Assembly: GCA_951406725.2 (NCBI GenBank) | Contig: OX597824.1 | Coordinates: forward strand, 36,208,001-36,272,000 | Direction of reading: 5' to 3' | From: Octopus vulgaris | Taxonomy: Eukaryota | Length of the DNA stretch: 64,000 nucleotides | In this document: piece after piece, positions 12,006 through 23,030 of the stretch | Layout: each line of letters begins with the position of its first letter | Position numbering within the stretch: the stretch's first letter is position 1 | The notes under the pieces: model-generated | Told to the model about the DNA's origin: nothing | Databases searched by the model: none | The model's input: only the letters and a program-made list of their open reading frames with translations | Program-made: the position numbers and the translations under genes

Positions 12006-12618
12006 TAGATATCTGAGAGTACTAAATATACTAGTGACCAGTATTTAGTATCAGAACAATAAAGCTATACTGTAGTTGCAAGAGATTTGCAAAGTATTTA
12101 GTTTTCCATGAGCTAAATGTAAAGTAGCCAGATGCAATATTATAGATTTAATAATAACTGCTGACATTTACATTGGATTGATGGCAGCGCCTCACAATGC
12201 TGAATGCCTTACAAGACACTTCTTATGAAAAATGGAGCACTGTGTCAAGAATATCATAACAATGTCCAGTTAGATGATGATGAGGAGGAGGTGGAATAGG
12301 AGGATATAGCATTATGTGAGTTATAGAACATTTGTCCAGCTGGTAAATGATATAGTGTTCCATTGTCATCACATTCACACTCATACACACTCTCTCACAC
12401 ACATACACACTCTCTCACACACATACACACACTCATAAAAGCAATAACAAATGTAGTTTCCAAATGTCTTATAATATTCTTTCTTATTCAAAATGTTACT
12501 GACTTTTAATAGATTTTAATTTCTCGTTTTCAAAGTATTGTTTTGAAATCATGTTTTGTTTGATGCATGTGTGTGCATTCGTATATGTTTATTTAATTAT
12601 TATTGTATATGTATCTAG

Positions 12619-12694
12619 AATAGCGTCAGAAATTATAGTTTAGTGATGGAATCAGATGAAGGCACGTTTACACCAGAAGGGTTATATTTCACAG
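12619..12694 (+). CDS. CPQ: CPQ coding exon
   Basis: ctag|AAT..ACAG|gtatgg; NSVRNYSLVMESDEGTFTPEGLYFT(G), metal-ligand D in ESD. Confidence 0.95.
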
Positions 12695-13955
12695 GTATGG
12701 ATATTATTTGACTTAAATTCTGTCTTGGTTAATTTGGAACTAAATATGAGAAACTTTGATTCAAAAGTCCTTATATTAATCTTGTCAATAATAATAAACA
12801 TGCACACTAGTTCGATATCACTTCTTCAATACTAGTTGATTGGTTAAATATCTAACCTAATCCATCGTTTGTTTAATACATTGTTTCAATAATCAATTAG
12901 TTGTTTGTTTGACTAATTCCTTTTGTCACTATCTGAAACATTATCATTGATATGCCCCCTCTCTTTTTAAGGTCTGTCTTACATTAATATTGAATTAGTA
13001 AACCAACTTTGGATCCATTTGTAACTGTCCCCTTCCACTCCCTTAGCTCCAACCGAAAGCCTAACCTAATTCTAACTCTATGGCTAATGGTTGGTTTCAA
13101 ATTTTGGTGCAAGGCCAGCAGTTTCAGTGAAGGAGTAAGTCAATCACATCGACCCCAGTATCCAACTGGTACTTATTTTATCAGCTACAAAAGAATGGAA
13201 AGCAAAGACAACGTCAGTGGAATTTGAACTAAGAAGGTAAAGACGGACAAAATACCACTAAGTATTTGTCTGACTTGCTAATAATTTTGCCACCTAGCCA
13301 CCTTTCTTATTCTTATGCACCCTTTTCAAGCCTAGCCAGGTTCATGGGCCTGGTTTCCTGGTTTCTGTGACATATGTGTTCCCCCCAGCTGGACGGGACG
13401 TCAGTCTATCGCAGCGTTACTCAAGAAACAGGAAGAGAGAGTGAGAGAAAGTTGGGGGCTAAAGAATACAACAGGGGTCACTACCACCTCCTGCTGGAGC
13501 CTCATGGAGCATTTAGGTGTTTTCGCTCAATAAACACACACAACGTCCGATCTGAGAATCGAAACCACGATCCTCCGACTGCGAGTCTGCTGCCCTAACC
13601 ACTGGGCCATTATGCCTTCATGAGCCACCTTTCTATGACTAATAAATACTGAAAGCATTTAGGTAGTAAACTGGCAGAATCATTAGCAAGTCAGGCAAAA
13701 TGCTTAAGTGGCATTTCATCTGTCTGTATGTTCTGAATTCAAATTCTGCAAAGGTTGACTTTATGGTTCGTCCTTTCAGGATCAATAAAATAAGTAGAAG
13801 TTGAACACTAGGGTCAATGTTATCAACTTTACCCCCTTTCCCCTGAAATTGTTGGTCTTGTGCCAAAATTTGAAACAAATATTGAAGACATTTCTTTAAA
13901 TGAAAAAATTCATCCCTGTGTTATCAGAATATACTCGTTCTTCATTTCTTGACAG

Positions 13956-14135
13956 GAAGCAAAGAAGCTGGAATGATAATGAAAGAAGTACTCCTTTTAC
14001 TGAAGCCAATTAATGCCAGCCGGCTAGTCAGCAGCAAAGTCTCTGGAGATATTAGCTTTTGGGTGAATGAAAAGGTTCCTGGAGCTACTTTGATGAACAA
14101 AAATGGAAAATACTTCTATTTTCATCATACAAATG
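13956..14135 (+). CDS. CPQ: CPQ coding exon
   Basis: acag|..|gtaag, 180 nt, phase 1/1; SKEAGMIMKEVLLLLKPIN...DISFW...VPGATL...YFYFHHTN. Confidence 0.95.
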
Positions 14136-14413
14136 GTAAGAATCTATTTGAAGAGAAACAAATCAGTATTTGAAGGAAAATGTTATCTTTTACCTTTTAC
14201 TTATTTCAGTCATTAGACTGTGGCCATGCTGGGGCACCATTTTGGAGAATTTTTAGTCAAATGAATTGACAAAAACAGTTATTGTTTTTTTAAGCCTGGC
14301 ACTTATTCTGTCGGTCATTTTTACCAAACTGCCAAGTTACAGAGGCTGTAAACACACAAACACTGGTTGTCAAGCAGTGGTGGGGGACAAAACAGGTACA
14401 AGGACACACACAC

Positions 14414-14500
<87 letters not shown>

Positions 14501-15851
14501 CATATATACAATAGGCTTCTATCAATTTTCGTCTACCAAATCCACTCACGAGACTTTGGTCAGCCTGAGGCTGTTGTAGAAGACACTTATCCAAGATGCC
14601 ACACAATGAGACTGAACCCAGAACTATGGGGTTGAGAAACAAACTTCTTATCGCACAATCATGCTTGTACCTACGTTTTCTTTTTTTAAGAAACATCTTG
14701 AGAAAACACAGAGTCAGACTAAAACTAGCTTGTTAGATTGGGTTAATAATTATCAATTATCATAGGCATAGGAGTGGCTATGTGGTAAGAAGCTTGCTTA
14801 TGAACCACATGGTTCTGGGTTCAGTCCCACTGCATGGCACCTTGGGCAAGTATCTTCTACTATAGCCTCGGGCTGACCAATGCCTTGTGAGTGGATTTGG
14901 TAGATGGAAACTGAAAGAAACCCATCGTATATGTGTTTATATATATGTGTATGTGTTTGTTCCCCCGCTGGTGTGCTACATCCCCATAACTTAGTGGTTC
15001 GGCAATAGAGACCAATAGAATAAGTACTAGGCTTACAAAGAATAAGTCCTGGGGTCAAATTGCAAGACTAAAGGTGGTGCTCCTGCATGGCCACAGTCAA
15101 ATGACTGAAACATGTAAAAGAGTAAATTCCTAACTATAATTAGAAATCCACTTGAGGTTAAAAATTTAAAGCATCTGAAGAATAAAAGAACATTGAGATA
15201 TCTGGAATAATGTTGTATATGCTTTATACGAGGTCTGATCAAAAAGTGTTGGAATTGTTGCTATGGTAATGGCACTAACACATACACGATAAACAAGTAT
15301 TAACATACATTCACAAGCTCTCAAATTTTCCATCTCTTTCCCTCTTTCTCTGTTTCACCTTCTGTTTCAACCCTTTCTGTTTTACCTTCTTTTATCTCTG
15401 CAAGAGGCAGTGCTCCAGCTTGGCCTCAGTCTCAATGACTAAAACAAACTAACAAACGTATGCCTGTATGCACACATTCATATATACTCATACACTTATG
15501 TACTCATACACATACACACTCATTCACATACATATCCTCATTGACGTACACATGTACACCATAAAAACAAAGGTTGAAGTTGTTTATAAGGAACCAGTAT
15601 GAGAGCCTCTGGTGCAGCTTCTCAACCTGCTGGAAATAGTTTCTAAGTCTCCCTCAAATTGCATCTTACCAACTTGAACAGGCTAATCATAGAAAAAACT
15701 AACAGAGATAGCCAGAATACTTTTAACCATAGTTCTTCTCAGCTAAAGATTAACTTGTTACTAAACAGTAACAATAATTGTTGTTCGTAGTTTTTACTTC
15801 TAACAAAATCCTCATTTTTTAATATCTTTTTGATTTCTTTTCATAATACAG

Positions 15852-15958
15852 CGGATACAATTACTGTACAAGATCCTCATCAAATGAACTTGTGTGCTGC
15901 AGTATGGGCCGTAGTGGCTTATGTTGTTGCTGACCTTCAGAACTTGCTGCCTTTATAA
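15852..15958 (+). CDS. CPQ: CPQ terminal coding exon
   Basis: acag| (A)DTITVQDPHQMNLCAAVWAVVAYVVADLQNLLPL*; matches the CPQ C-terminus. Confidence 0.95.
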
Positions 15959-16003
15959 ATGGAATATATTCTTTTCACTCTTTGATAATGATTTCCTAAC
16001 ATT

Positions 16004-16009
16004 AATAAA
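16004..16009 (+). terminator. Candidate polyadenylation signal of CPQ
   Basis: AATAAA 46 nt after the stop codon. Confidence 0.5.
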
Positions 16010-16544
16010 AAGAAAATATAACTTAGAAGTGATTCTCTCCCCTAAATAATATGCTCTCCTCTTAAGTAACAATTCCCAATATTTCCACTATATCTTAAAA
16101 TCTTTTAACTGAAAGCTTAACAGATTTTATTATCGATTGTTTACGTCTTTCTCTTTTAATTTTTCTCCTATCTTTATTCCATTTTTTCTCATTAAATTCA
16201 CCAATGTTTATCGCATCCTTGATTTTAGGAAGATCTCCAAAGACTACCTACTCTGTGACTTGGTTTATATCGAAAAACTTTTGCAGGTTACTTGTATTAA
16301 AAATGTCATCCTTACCACAAGTGTCTTGTCACTTTATTTAATCCCTACATTCAACTTAACTCTAAAATCTTTCTTCCATGCATTCAATGAATCATAACTT
16401 ACTAATAATGATAATCCTAAAACAGATTCACTAATATTAATCCAGTCTTACAAATTCTTGTCGAAATCTAATTCTAGTAATTCCGGTAATGTTCAAACTC
16501 TAATTGTTTACACTTGAATGAAATGCTAAAGTAATTAAACCATA

Positions 16545-16582
<38 letters not shown>

Positions 16583-16852
16583 CACACTTGCACACACATG
16601 TTTACATGATCAGCTTCAAAATCCACCATTCCAAAAAAGGAATATTTATATAAAGTTTATGTGCTGGTGAGACATAAAAAACACTCAGTACACCCTGTAA
16701 AGAGGTTGGCATTAGGAAAGGGATCTAACCATAGAAATCATGCCAAAACAAACAAGTGGAGCCTGGTGCAGCTCCCCAACTTGCCATCTCCTGTCAAACC
16801 GTCTAACCCATGCCAGTTTGGGAAATGGATGCTAAATGATTGATAGTATTCA

Positions 16853-16923
<71 letters not shown>

Positions 16924-16969
16924 ATAAATATGTATACACAAACATGCATATATATACATATATATTTTT

Positions 16970-17292
16970 TAGAAAGACTCCGCCGGTTACGACGACGAGG
17001 GTCCCAGCTGATACGATCAACGGAACAGCTTGCTCGTGAAATTAACGTGCAAATGGCTGAGCATTCCACAGACACGTGTACCCTTAACGTAGTTCTCGGG
17101 GATAATCAGCGTGACACAGAGAGTGACAAGGCTGACCCTTTGAAATACAAGTACAACTCACTTTTGCCAGCTGAGTGGACTGGAGCAACGTGAAATAAAG
17201 TGTCTTGCTCAAGGACACAACGCGTCGCCGGGAATCGAACTCACAACCTTACGATCATGAGCCGAATGCCCTAACCACTAAGCCACGCGCCC
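16970..17292 (-). mobile_element. tRNA-headed SINE family C (related heads at 6828..6930-, 13315..13620-, 38219..38550+, 56030..56340-, 58610..58840-)
   Basis: Head GGCGCGTGGCTTAGTGGTTAGGGCATTCGGCTCATGATCGTAAGGTTGTGAGTTCGATTCCC, followed by CCTTGAGCAAGACACTTTATTTCAC. Confidence 0.8.
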
Positions 17293-17399
17293 TCACATAC
17301 ATATATATAGACATATATACACTCACAGACACACATACACACACACATATATATATACACATACATATGCACACACATATATATATACACATACACACA

Positions 17400-17438
<39 letters not shown>

Positions 17439-17938
17439 TACCCACACACAGAGCTGAATGACATAGGCACAAATTCATGCACATATAAGAATACACATCA
17501 TGGAAGAATAGAATGGAATAAGCGGAGCAAGAGCACATATGAGGATGGAACGTGTTGCTGAAGAGGTCACAGATGTGTTATAAAAGATTTCCAGACAGTG
17601 GACATGATTTAGAATAAGAACAATAATAAATGAGTGAAGCATGAATATACTGTGCATGTGTTTATTTGGCAAAAAAAAAAAAAGATTGAAAATGACCATC
17701 TGGAAATACAACAATATTTATTTCAATAAATTGTTTCACATCATTAAACTTACAACACAAATTTATAGATGTGTATGTATATATATATATATATATATAA
17801 TTATAAATTAGGGTATCTACGAGATACCACCATGCTGAAAATAGCCATGATCTGACTCTAAAACCACCTTAATTGTCTACATATCAACACGGAGAGAAAA
17901 CAAAGAGACAAGATGAAACTAGTAAAAATTACTGGATA

Positions 17939-17997
17939 ATTCTAGATCCCGAATTTCTGGCTTTGCATTTAGGAATGCTTTGCCTCGTCAGTCGAAT
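17939..17997 (-). ncRNA. Type-I hammerhead ribozyme motif (truncated inverted partner at 22051..22095+)
   Basis: attc(g/t)a-CTGACGA-ggc[aaa gcatt ccta aatgc aaa]gcc-a-GAAA-ttcggg-ATC-tagaat. Confidence 0.65.
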
Positions 17998-18227
17998 ACA
18001 CACAGAAAAGAAACATAAATACTTACATATACGAACATATGCCTACATATATATGCACATATGTATCATGGCCAGTATTTCATCACTGTATTTACTGCAG
18101 CGATATTTTGACCATATCTCACTTGGAATTAAACGGCAGGCATTTTGAACTGGCCATGATGCATACGTGCATATATATGTAGGCATACATTTGTATATGT
18201 AAGTATTCGTATGTTGTATTTTTGCAC

Positions 18228-21200
18228 ATGAATTCTGCCAAATGCGAGCTTTCTTTTCAGGTACACGAAGCTACTGTCCACCGTCCCAGGGTCTCTAGAG
18301 CCCATGCCTCCCACACCCTCAGGGTTGGCACCCTCAACGTTGGCACTCTGAAAGGTAGGTCTGGTGAGATAGTCGAGATGCTTGAACGGAGATGTGTGGA
18401 TATATGTTGCATGCAAGAAATAAGGTGGAGAGGAGGATCAGCTAGGTTCCTCACAGGCAAGGAACGCAGGTACAAGATTTTCTGGGCAGGGAACACTGAC
18501 GGGGTTGGTGGCGTGGGTATACTTATCGCTGAGAAATGGGTAGATAAAGTAATTGAGGTAATCAGAGTATGTGACAGAATACTTAAGATTAGATTAGTGC
18601 TTCATCATAGTTTAGCAACCATTATATCAGCCTATGCTCCTCAGTCGGGGCTACCCGATGGACAGAAAGACCGATTCTATGACACTCTACTGCAGACTAC
18701 CTCGTTGACGAACGACAGAGACCTTATCTTTGTGGCTGGTGACTTCAATGGACGACATGCTGGAGGCTTCCATGGCGTACATGGAGGCTATGGCTATGGC
18801 TCCCGAAACGAGGAGGGAACCAGGCTGCTGGAGTTCTGCGATGCAAATAATCTTATGATTTGCAACACTAACTTCAGGAAACCTACCAGCCACCTAGTCA
18901 CTTACCGATCGGGCCAACATACCAGCCAAATTGACTACATCCTTGCAAGGCAAAGGGAGAGATGGCTGCTTATAAATGCCAAAACCTTCCCAGGTGAAGA
19001 ATGTACCCCACAACATAGACTGGTAGTTAGTGACTTTAGGATCAGGAGTAGGAGGACAACCAGAAGACGACCAATATGGAGAAGAAGGATCTGGAAGCTT
19101 AAAGATCCTGCAAATGGACAGAGATTTAGAGACATATTACTTGAAGCCTCTGACGAAGTAGAAGGGGATAGAGCATCACAGGGGGTAGAAGACAGCTGGA
19201 CGTTTCTAAGGGACAACCTGCTGAGAGCCACTGACCAGATCTGTGGCTGGTGCAAAGTCCCCTCTCGACCTAGAATAACGTGGTGGTGGAACAATATTGT
19301 AGACAGGGCTATTAGAGAAAAGAGACAGGCTTGGAAGGTCTGGAAAAATGGGGGTAGCAGGGAATTGTATCAGACTGCCAAAAGAGAAGCTAAGAGACAG
19401 GTTTATTTAGCCAGAGGGGAAGCAGATAAGAAAAAATTTGCCAATGTTCTGCGCCGTGAGGACCAAAGACTGGAGGTGTTTCGCGTTGCAAGACAGTGTG
19501 TGAGAGAGAATCGTGATGTGGTAGGAGAGAAGTGTGTTCGCATGGAAGATGGTTCACTTGCGCTAAATGAGGATGCAAAGAGAGAGGCTTGGAGATGCCA
19601 CTATGAAAGTTTGCTGAATAAAGAAAATGAATGGGATAAAGAGAGTCTGCCGAATGTTGACCCAACAGAGGGACCAGCTATCCAAGTTGATAGTTCCGTG
19701 GTAGCTAAGGCAATTAGAAGCATGAAGACAGGAAAAGCCCCAGGCCCATCAGGAATCACTGCAGAGATGCTCAAAATGTCTGGTAGTGTCGGCTATAGCC
19801 TAGTCACCCATATAGTTAATCAGGTGATACACAAAGGAGTCATACCCAATGACTGGTGTAGCAGCATAATAGTCAACTGCTACAAAGGTAAAGGTGACGC
19901 CCTAGATACAAATAATTACAGAGGTATCAAGCTGTTGGATCAGGTGATGAAGGTTACGGAGAGGGTCATAGCCCAACTAATTAGAGAGAGAGTTAGTTTA
20001 GATGAGATGCAGTTTGGGTTTGTGCCAGGGAAAAGTACTACTGATGCTATATTCCTGGTAAGGCAGCTGCAGGAGAAATACCTAGCCAAAGATAAGCCCC
20101 TGTACCTGGCTTTTGTTGACATGGAGAAAGCCTTCGACAGGGTCCCCCGATCCCTTATCTGGTGGGCAATGAGGAAACTAGGGATAGATGAATGGTTAGT
20201 GAGAGCTGTGCGGGCCATGTATAGTAGGGTGAGGGTTGGAAACGAGTACAGTGAAGAATTCCGGGTAGAGGTAGGGGTCCACCAAGGCTCAGTACTCAGC
20301 CCCCTCCTATTTATCATAGTCCTCCAGGCAATAACGGAGGAATTCAAGACAGGATGCCCTTGGGAGCTCCTCTATGCTGATGACCTTGCTCTAATTGCTG
20401 AGTCGCTATCAGAACTGGAGGAGAAGTTTCAGGTGTGGAAACAAGGATTAGAATCGAAGGGCCTCAGAGTCAATCTAGCTAAAACCAAAGTCGTAATCAG
20501 TAGGAAGGTAGACAAATCACACATGCCTTCAGGTAGATGGTCCTGCTCGATCTGTAGAAAAGGTGTAGGTAGAAACTCTATAAGATGCACCAAGTGTAAG
20601 CTATGGACACATAAGAGGTGCAGCAATGTCAAAGGAAGGCTAACTAGGAAGATGGTTTTTGTATGTGGCAGATGCTCAGGAACAATAAACACTGAAAATG
20701 CTCTGAGACCAACTTCCGTCACTTTCCAGGGAGAAAAACTAGAAATAGTTGATAGTTTCCGTTACCTAGGTGACCAAGTCAGCAGCGGGGGCGGGTGTGC
20801 TGAAAGTGTAACTGCTAGAGTAAGAATAGCTTGGGCAAAGTTCAGAGAGCTCTTACCTCTGCTGGTGACAAAAGGCCTCTCGCACAGAGTGAAAGGCAGA
20901 CTGTATGATGCGTGTGTACGAACAGCCATGCTACATGGTAGTGAAACATGGGCCGTGACTGCTGAGGATATGCGTAAGCTCGCAAGAAATGAAGCCAGTA
21001 TGCTCCAATGGATGTGTAATGTCAGTGTTCATAATCGACAGAGTGTAAGTACCTTGAGAGAAAAGCTGGACCTAAGAAGCATCAGTTGTGGTGTGCAAGA
21101 GAGACGATTGCGCTGGTATGGTCATGTGGCGAGAATGGATGAAGATAGTTGTGTGAAAAAGTGCCACACCCTAGCGGTTGAGGGAACCTGTGGAAGAGGC

Positions 21201-21329
21201 AGACCCAGGAAAACCTGGGACGAGGTGGTGGAGCACAACATTCGAACTTTAGGTCTCACTGAGGAAATGACTAGAGACCGAGTCCTATGGAAGTGTGCTG
21301 TGCGCGAGAAGACCCGGCAGGACAAGTGA
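18228..21329 (+). CDS. RTE LINE polyprotein: AP endonuclease, reverse transcriptase and PHD-like Cys/His finger
   Basis: TLNVGTL, MQEIRW, GDFNG, QIDYIL, QHRLV (APE); NYRGIKLL, QFGF, DMEKAFD, GVHQGSVLSP, LLYADD (RT); CSIC..CTKC..HKRC..CGRC; first ATG at 18228. Confidence 0.95.
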   Translation: MNSAKCELSFQVHEATVHRPRVSRAHASHTLRVGTLNVGTLKGRSGEIVEMLERRCVDICCMQEIRWRGGSARFLTGKERRYKIFWAGNTDGVGGVGILIAEKWVDKVIEVIRVCDRILKIRLVLHHSLATIISAYAPQSGLPDGQKDRFYDTLLQTTSLTNDRDLIFVAGDFNGRHAGGFHGVHGGYGYGSRNEEGTRLLEFCDANNLMICNTNFRKPTSHLVTYRSGQHTSQIDYILARQRERWLLINAKTFPGEECTPQHRLVVSDFRIRSRRTTRRRPIWRRRIWKLKDPANGQRFRDILLEASDEVEGDRASQGVEDSWTFLRDNLLRATDQICGWCKVPSRPRITWWWNNIVDRAIREKRQAWKVWKNGGSRELYQTAKREAKRQVYLARGEADKKKFANVLRREDQRLEVFRVARQCVRENRDVVGEKCVRMEDGSLALNEDAKREAWRCHYESLLNKENEWDKESLPNVDPTEGPAIQVDSSVVAKAIRSMKTGKAPGPSGITAEMLKMSGSVGYSLVTHIVNQVIHKGVIPNDWCSSIIVNCYKGKGDALDTNNYRGIKLLDQVMKVTERVIAQLIRERVSLDEMQFGFVPGKSTTDAIFLVRQLQEKYLAKDKPLYLAFVDMEKAFDRVPRSLIWWAMRKLGIDEWLVRAVRAMYSRVRVGNEYSEEFRVEVGVHQGSVLSPLLFIIVLQAITEEFKTGCPWELLYADDLALIAESLSELEEKFQVWKQGLESKGLRVNLAKTKVVISRKVDKSHMPSGRWSCSICRKGVGRNSIRCTKCKLWTHKRCSNVKGRLTRKMVFVCGRCSGTINTENALRPTSVTFQGEKLEIVDSFRYLGDQVSSGGGCAESVTARVRIAWAKFRELLPLLVTKGLSHRVKGRLYDACVRTAMLHGSETWAVTAEDMRKLARNEASMLQWMCNVSVHNRQSVSTLREKLDLRSISCGVQERRLRWYGHVARMDEDSCVKKCHTLAVEGTCGRGRPRKTWDEVVEHNIRTLGLTEEMTRDRVLWKCAVREKTRQDK

Positions 21330-21403
21330 GTCCATAACCCGTGGCCTTCTACTTGGGATGGAGCCAGCCTACGTATGCATACCTTCCCTTCTTGGGACAC
21401 AAA

Positions 21404-21694
21404 ACTCTACTTGTGAAGACCTGTTGAGGCAAGTGAGGATCAGAATCGAAATCGATCAATGGAAATTGCAGATGTGTTACCAGTGCCGGTGGCATGTCGA
21501 TACTCTACTTGTGAAGACCCGTTGAGGCAAGTGAGGATCAGAAATGGAAATCGATCAATGGAAATTGCAGATGTGTTACCAGTGCCGGTGGCATGTCAAA
21601 ACTCTACTTGTGAAGACCCGTTGAGGCAAGTGAGGATCAGAATGGAAATCGATCAATGGAAATTGCAGATGTGTTACCAGTGCCGGTGGCATGT
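21404..21694 (+). repeat. 3 x ~98-bp tandem repeat in the LINE 3' UTR
   Basis: Units start ACTCTACTTGTGAAGACC at 21404, 21502 and 21601. Confidence 0.95.
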
Positions 21695-22095
21695 AAGAGA
21701 ACCTTCCGTTTCGCGACCGTTGCCAGCACCGCCCCGTGTCCGTTGCCAGCCTCGCCTGGCCCTTGTGCCGGTGGCACATAAAAAGCACCATCTGTTCATG
21801 GCCGTTTGCCAGCTCTGTCTGGCACCTGTGCGGGTGGCACGTAAAAAGCACCCACTACACTCACGGAGTGGTTGGCGTTAGGAAGGGCATCCAGCCGTAG
21901 AAACACTGCCAGATTTGACTGGGCCTGATGAAGCCTTCTGGCTTCACAGACCCCAGTAGAACCGTCCAACCCATGCTAGCATGGGAAACGGACGCTAAAC
22001 GATGATGATGATGATGATGATGATATGTATTTATGTTTCTTTCTGTGTGTATTCTACTGACGAGGCAAAGCATTCCTAAATGCAAAGCCAGAAAT

Positions 22096-22692
22096 CGATC
22101 CTGGAGTAAGTGACATGAGCCACCCTTAGCCACCCCAAAGGCGTGTCTTCACCCTAAAAAAGTCTTGCTTTGTGTTTGGTGGGATTGGAAAGGAATTCTG
22201 TACTCCCAAGTAACCAGACAATTAATTCTGAGAAATACTGCACACAACTGGACGAATTAAAAGTAGCCATTCAAGAGAAACATAGAATTGGCCAACAGGG
22301 AGGGTGTTGTTTTCCAACATGATAATGCAAGACCGCACGTTTCTTTGGGAACCAGACAAACATTGCTGTAGCTCGGCTGGGATGTGTTACCCCACCATCC
22401 ATATCCACCAGATATTGCTCCTTCGGATTTCCACTTATTCAGGTCTCTGCAGAATAGTCTTAATGGTAAAAATTTCAATTCCTTGGATAATGTAAAAAGA
22501 TACCTTGATGAATTCTTTGCCATGAAACCACCTAAATTCCGGGAAGAGAGTATTTTCAAGTTAAAGGAAAGATGGATATGCATTGTGCAACAAAATGGTT
22601 CATATTTGGTTGATTAAAAATGTAATGGCAAATATTTATTGACCTTTTCCTTTCCTTAAAAACCAGCACGAACCTTCCGGACAACCCATTAA
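22096..22692 (+). mobile_element. mariner transposon 3' fragment with right TIR
   Basis: RSWSK..TPK..LHPKKVLLCVWWDWKGI, FQHDNARPH, HPYPPDIAPSDFHLF (D,D34D); stops and frameshifts; ends ..CCGGACAACCCATTA. Confidence 0.92.
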
Positions 22693-23030
22693 AATCATAA
22701 CAAGACTATTAAGAATAAGAATGTTATTCACATAAATTTACTACTGCACTAATTCATCATTTAGTTCTATTTTATTTATTTAAATTAATTAATTAATTCT
22801 CTAAGAATACTGTTGCAAGAGCATATTCAAAATGAGATAATTCAAAAATGCAATGATGTGAATGATGTAAATGCATTACGTCAAAAGCACAAATTCTGCT
22901 GGACATGTTGCAAGGATCACAAACATCAGGTGGATCCATGGAGTTGTTGAGAGGTATCCAAGGGGTCAGAAAAAGGGCTACTCAAAAAGCCTGCATGACA
23001 ATGGGAAGACAATTTAAATGATTTGGGTTA

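Larger units (their letters stand above)
18209..22024 (+). mobile_element. Near-full-length RTE-clade LINE with a (GAT)n tail
   Basis: Single 1035-codon APE-RT ORF, ~700-bp 3' UTR and microsatellite tail; source family of many fragments in the window. Confidence 0.95.

Noticed and set aside
22091-22107. Complete HHR with ATCGAT stem III in the right arm
   Set aside because: Bases from ~22096 translate as mariner RSWSK, so the apparent stem is probably a junction coincidence
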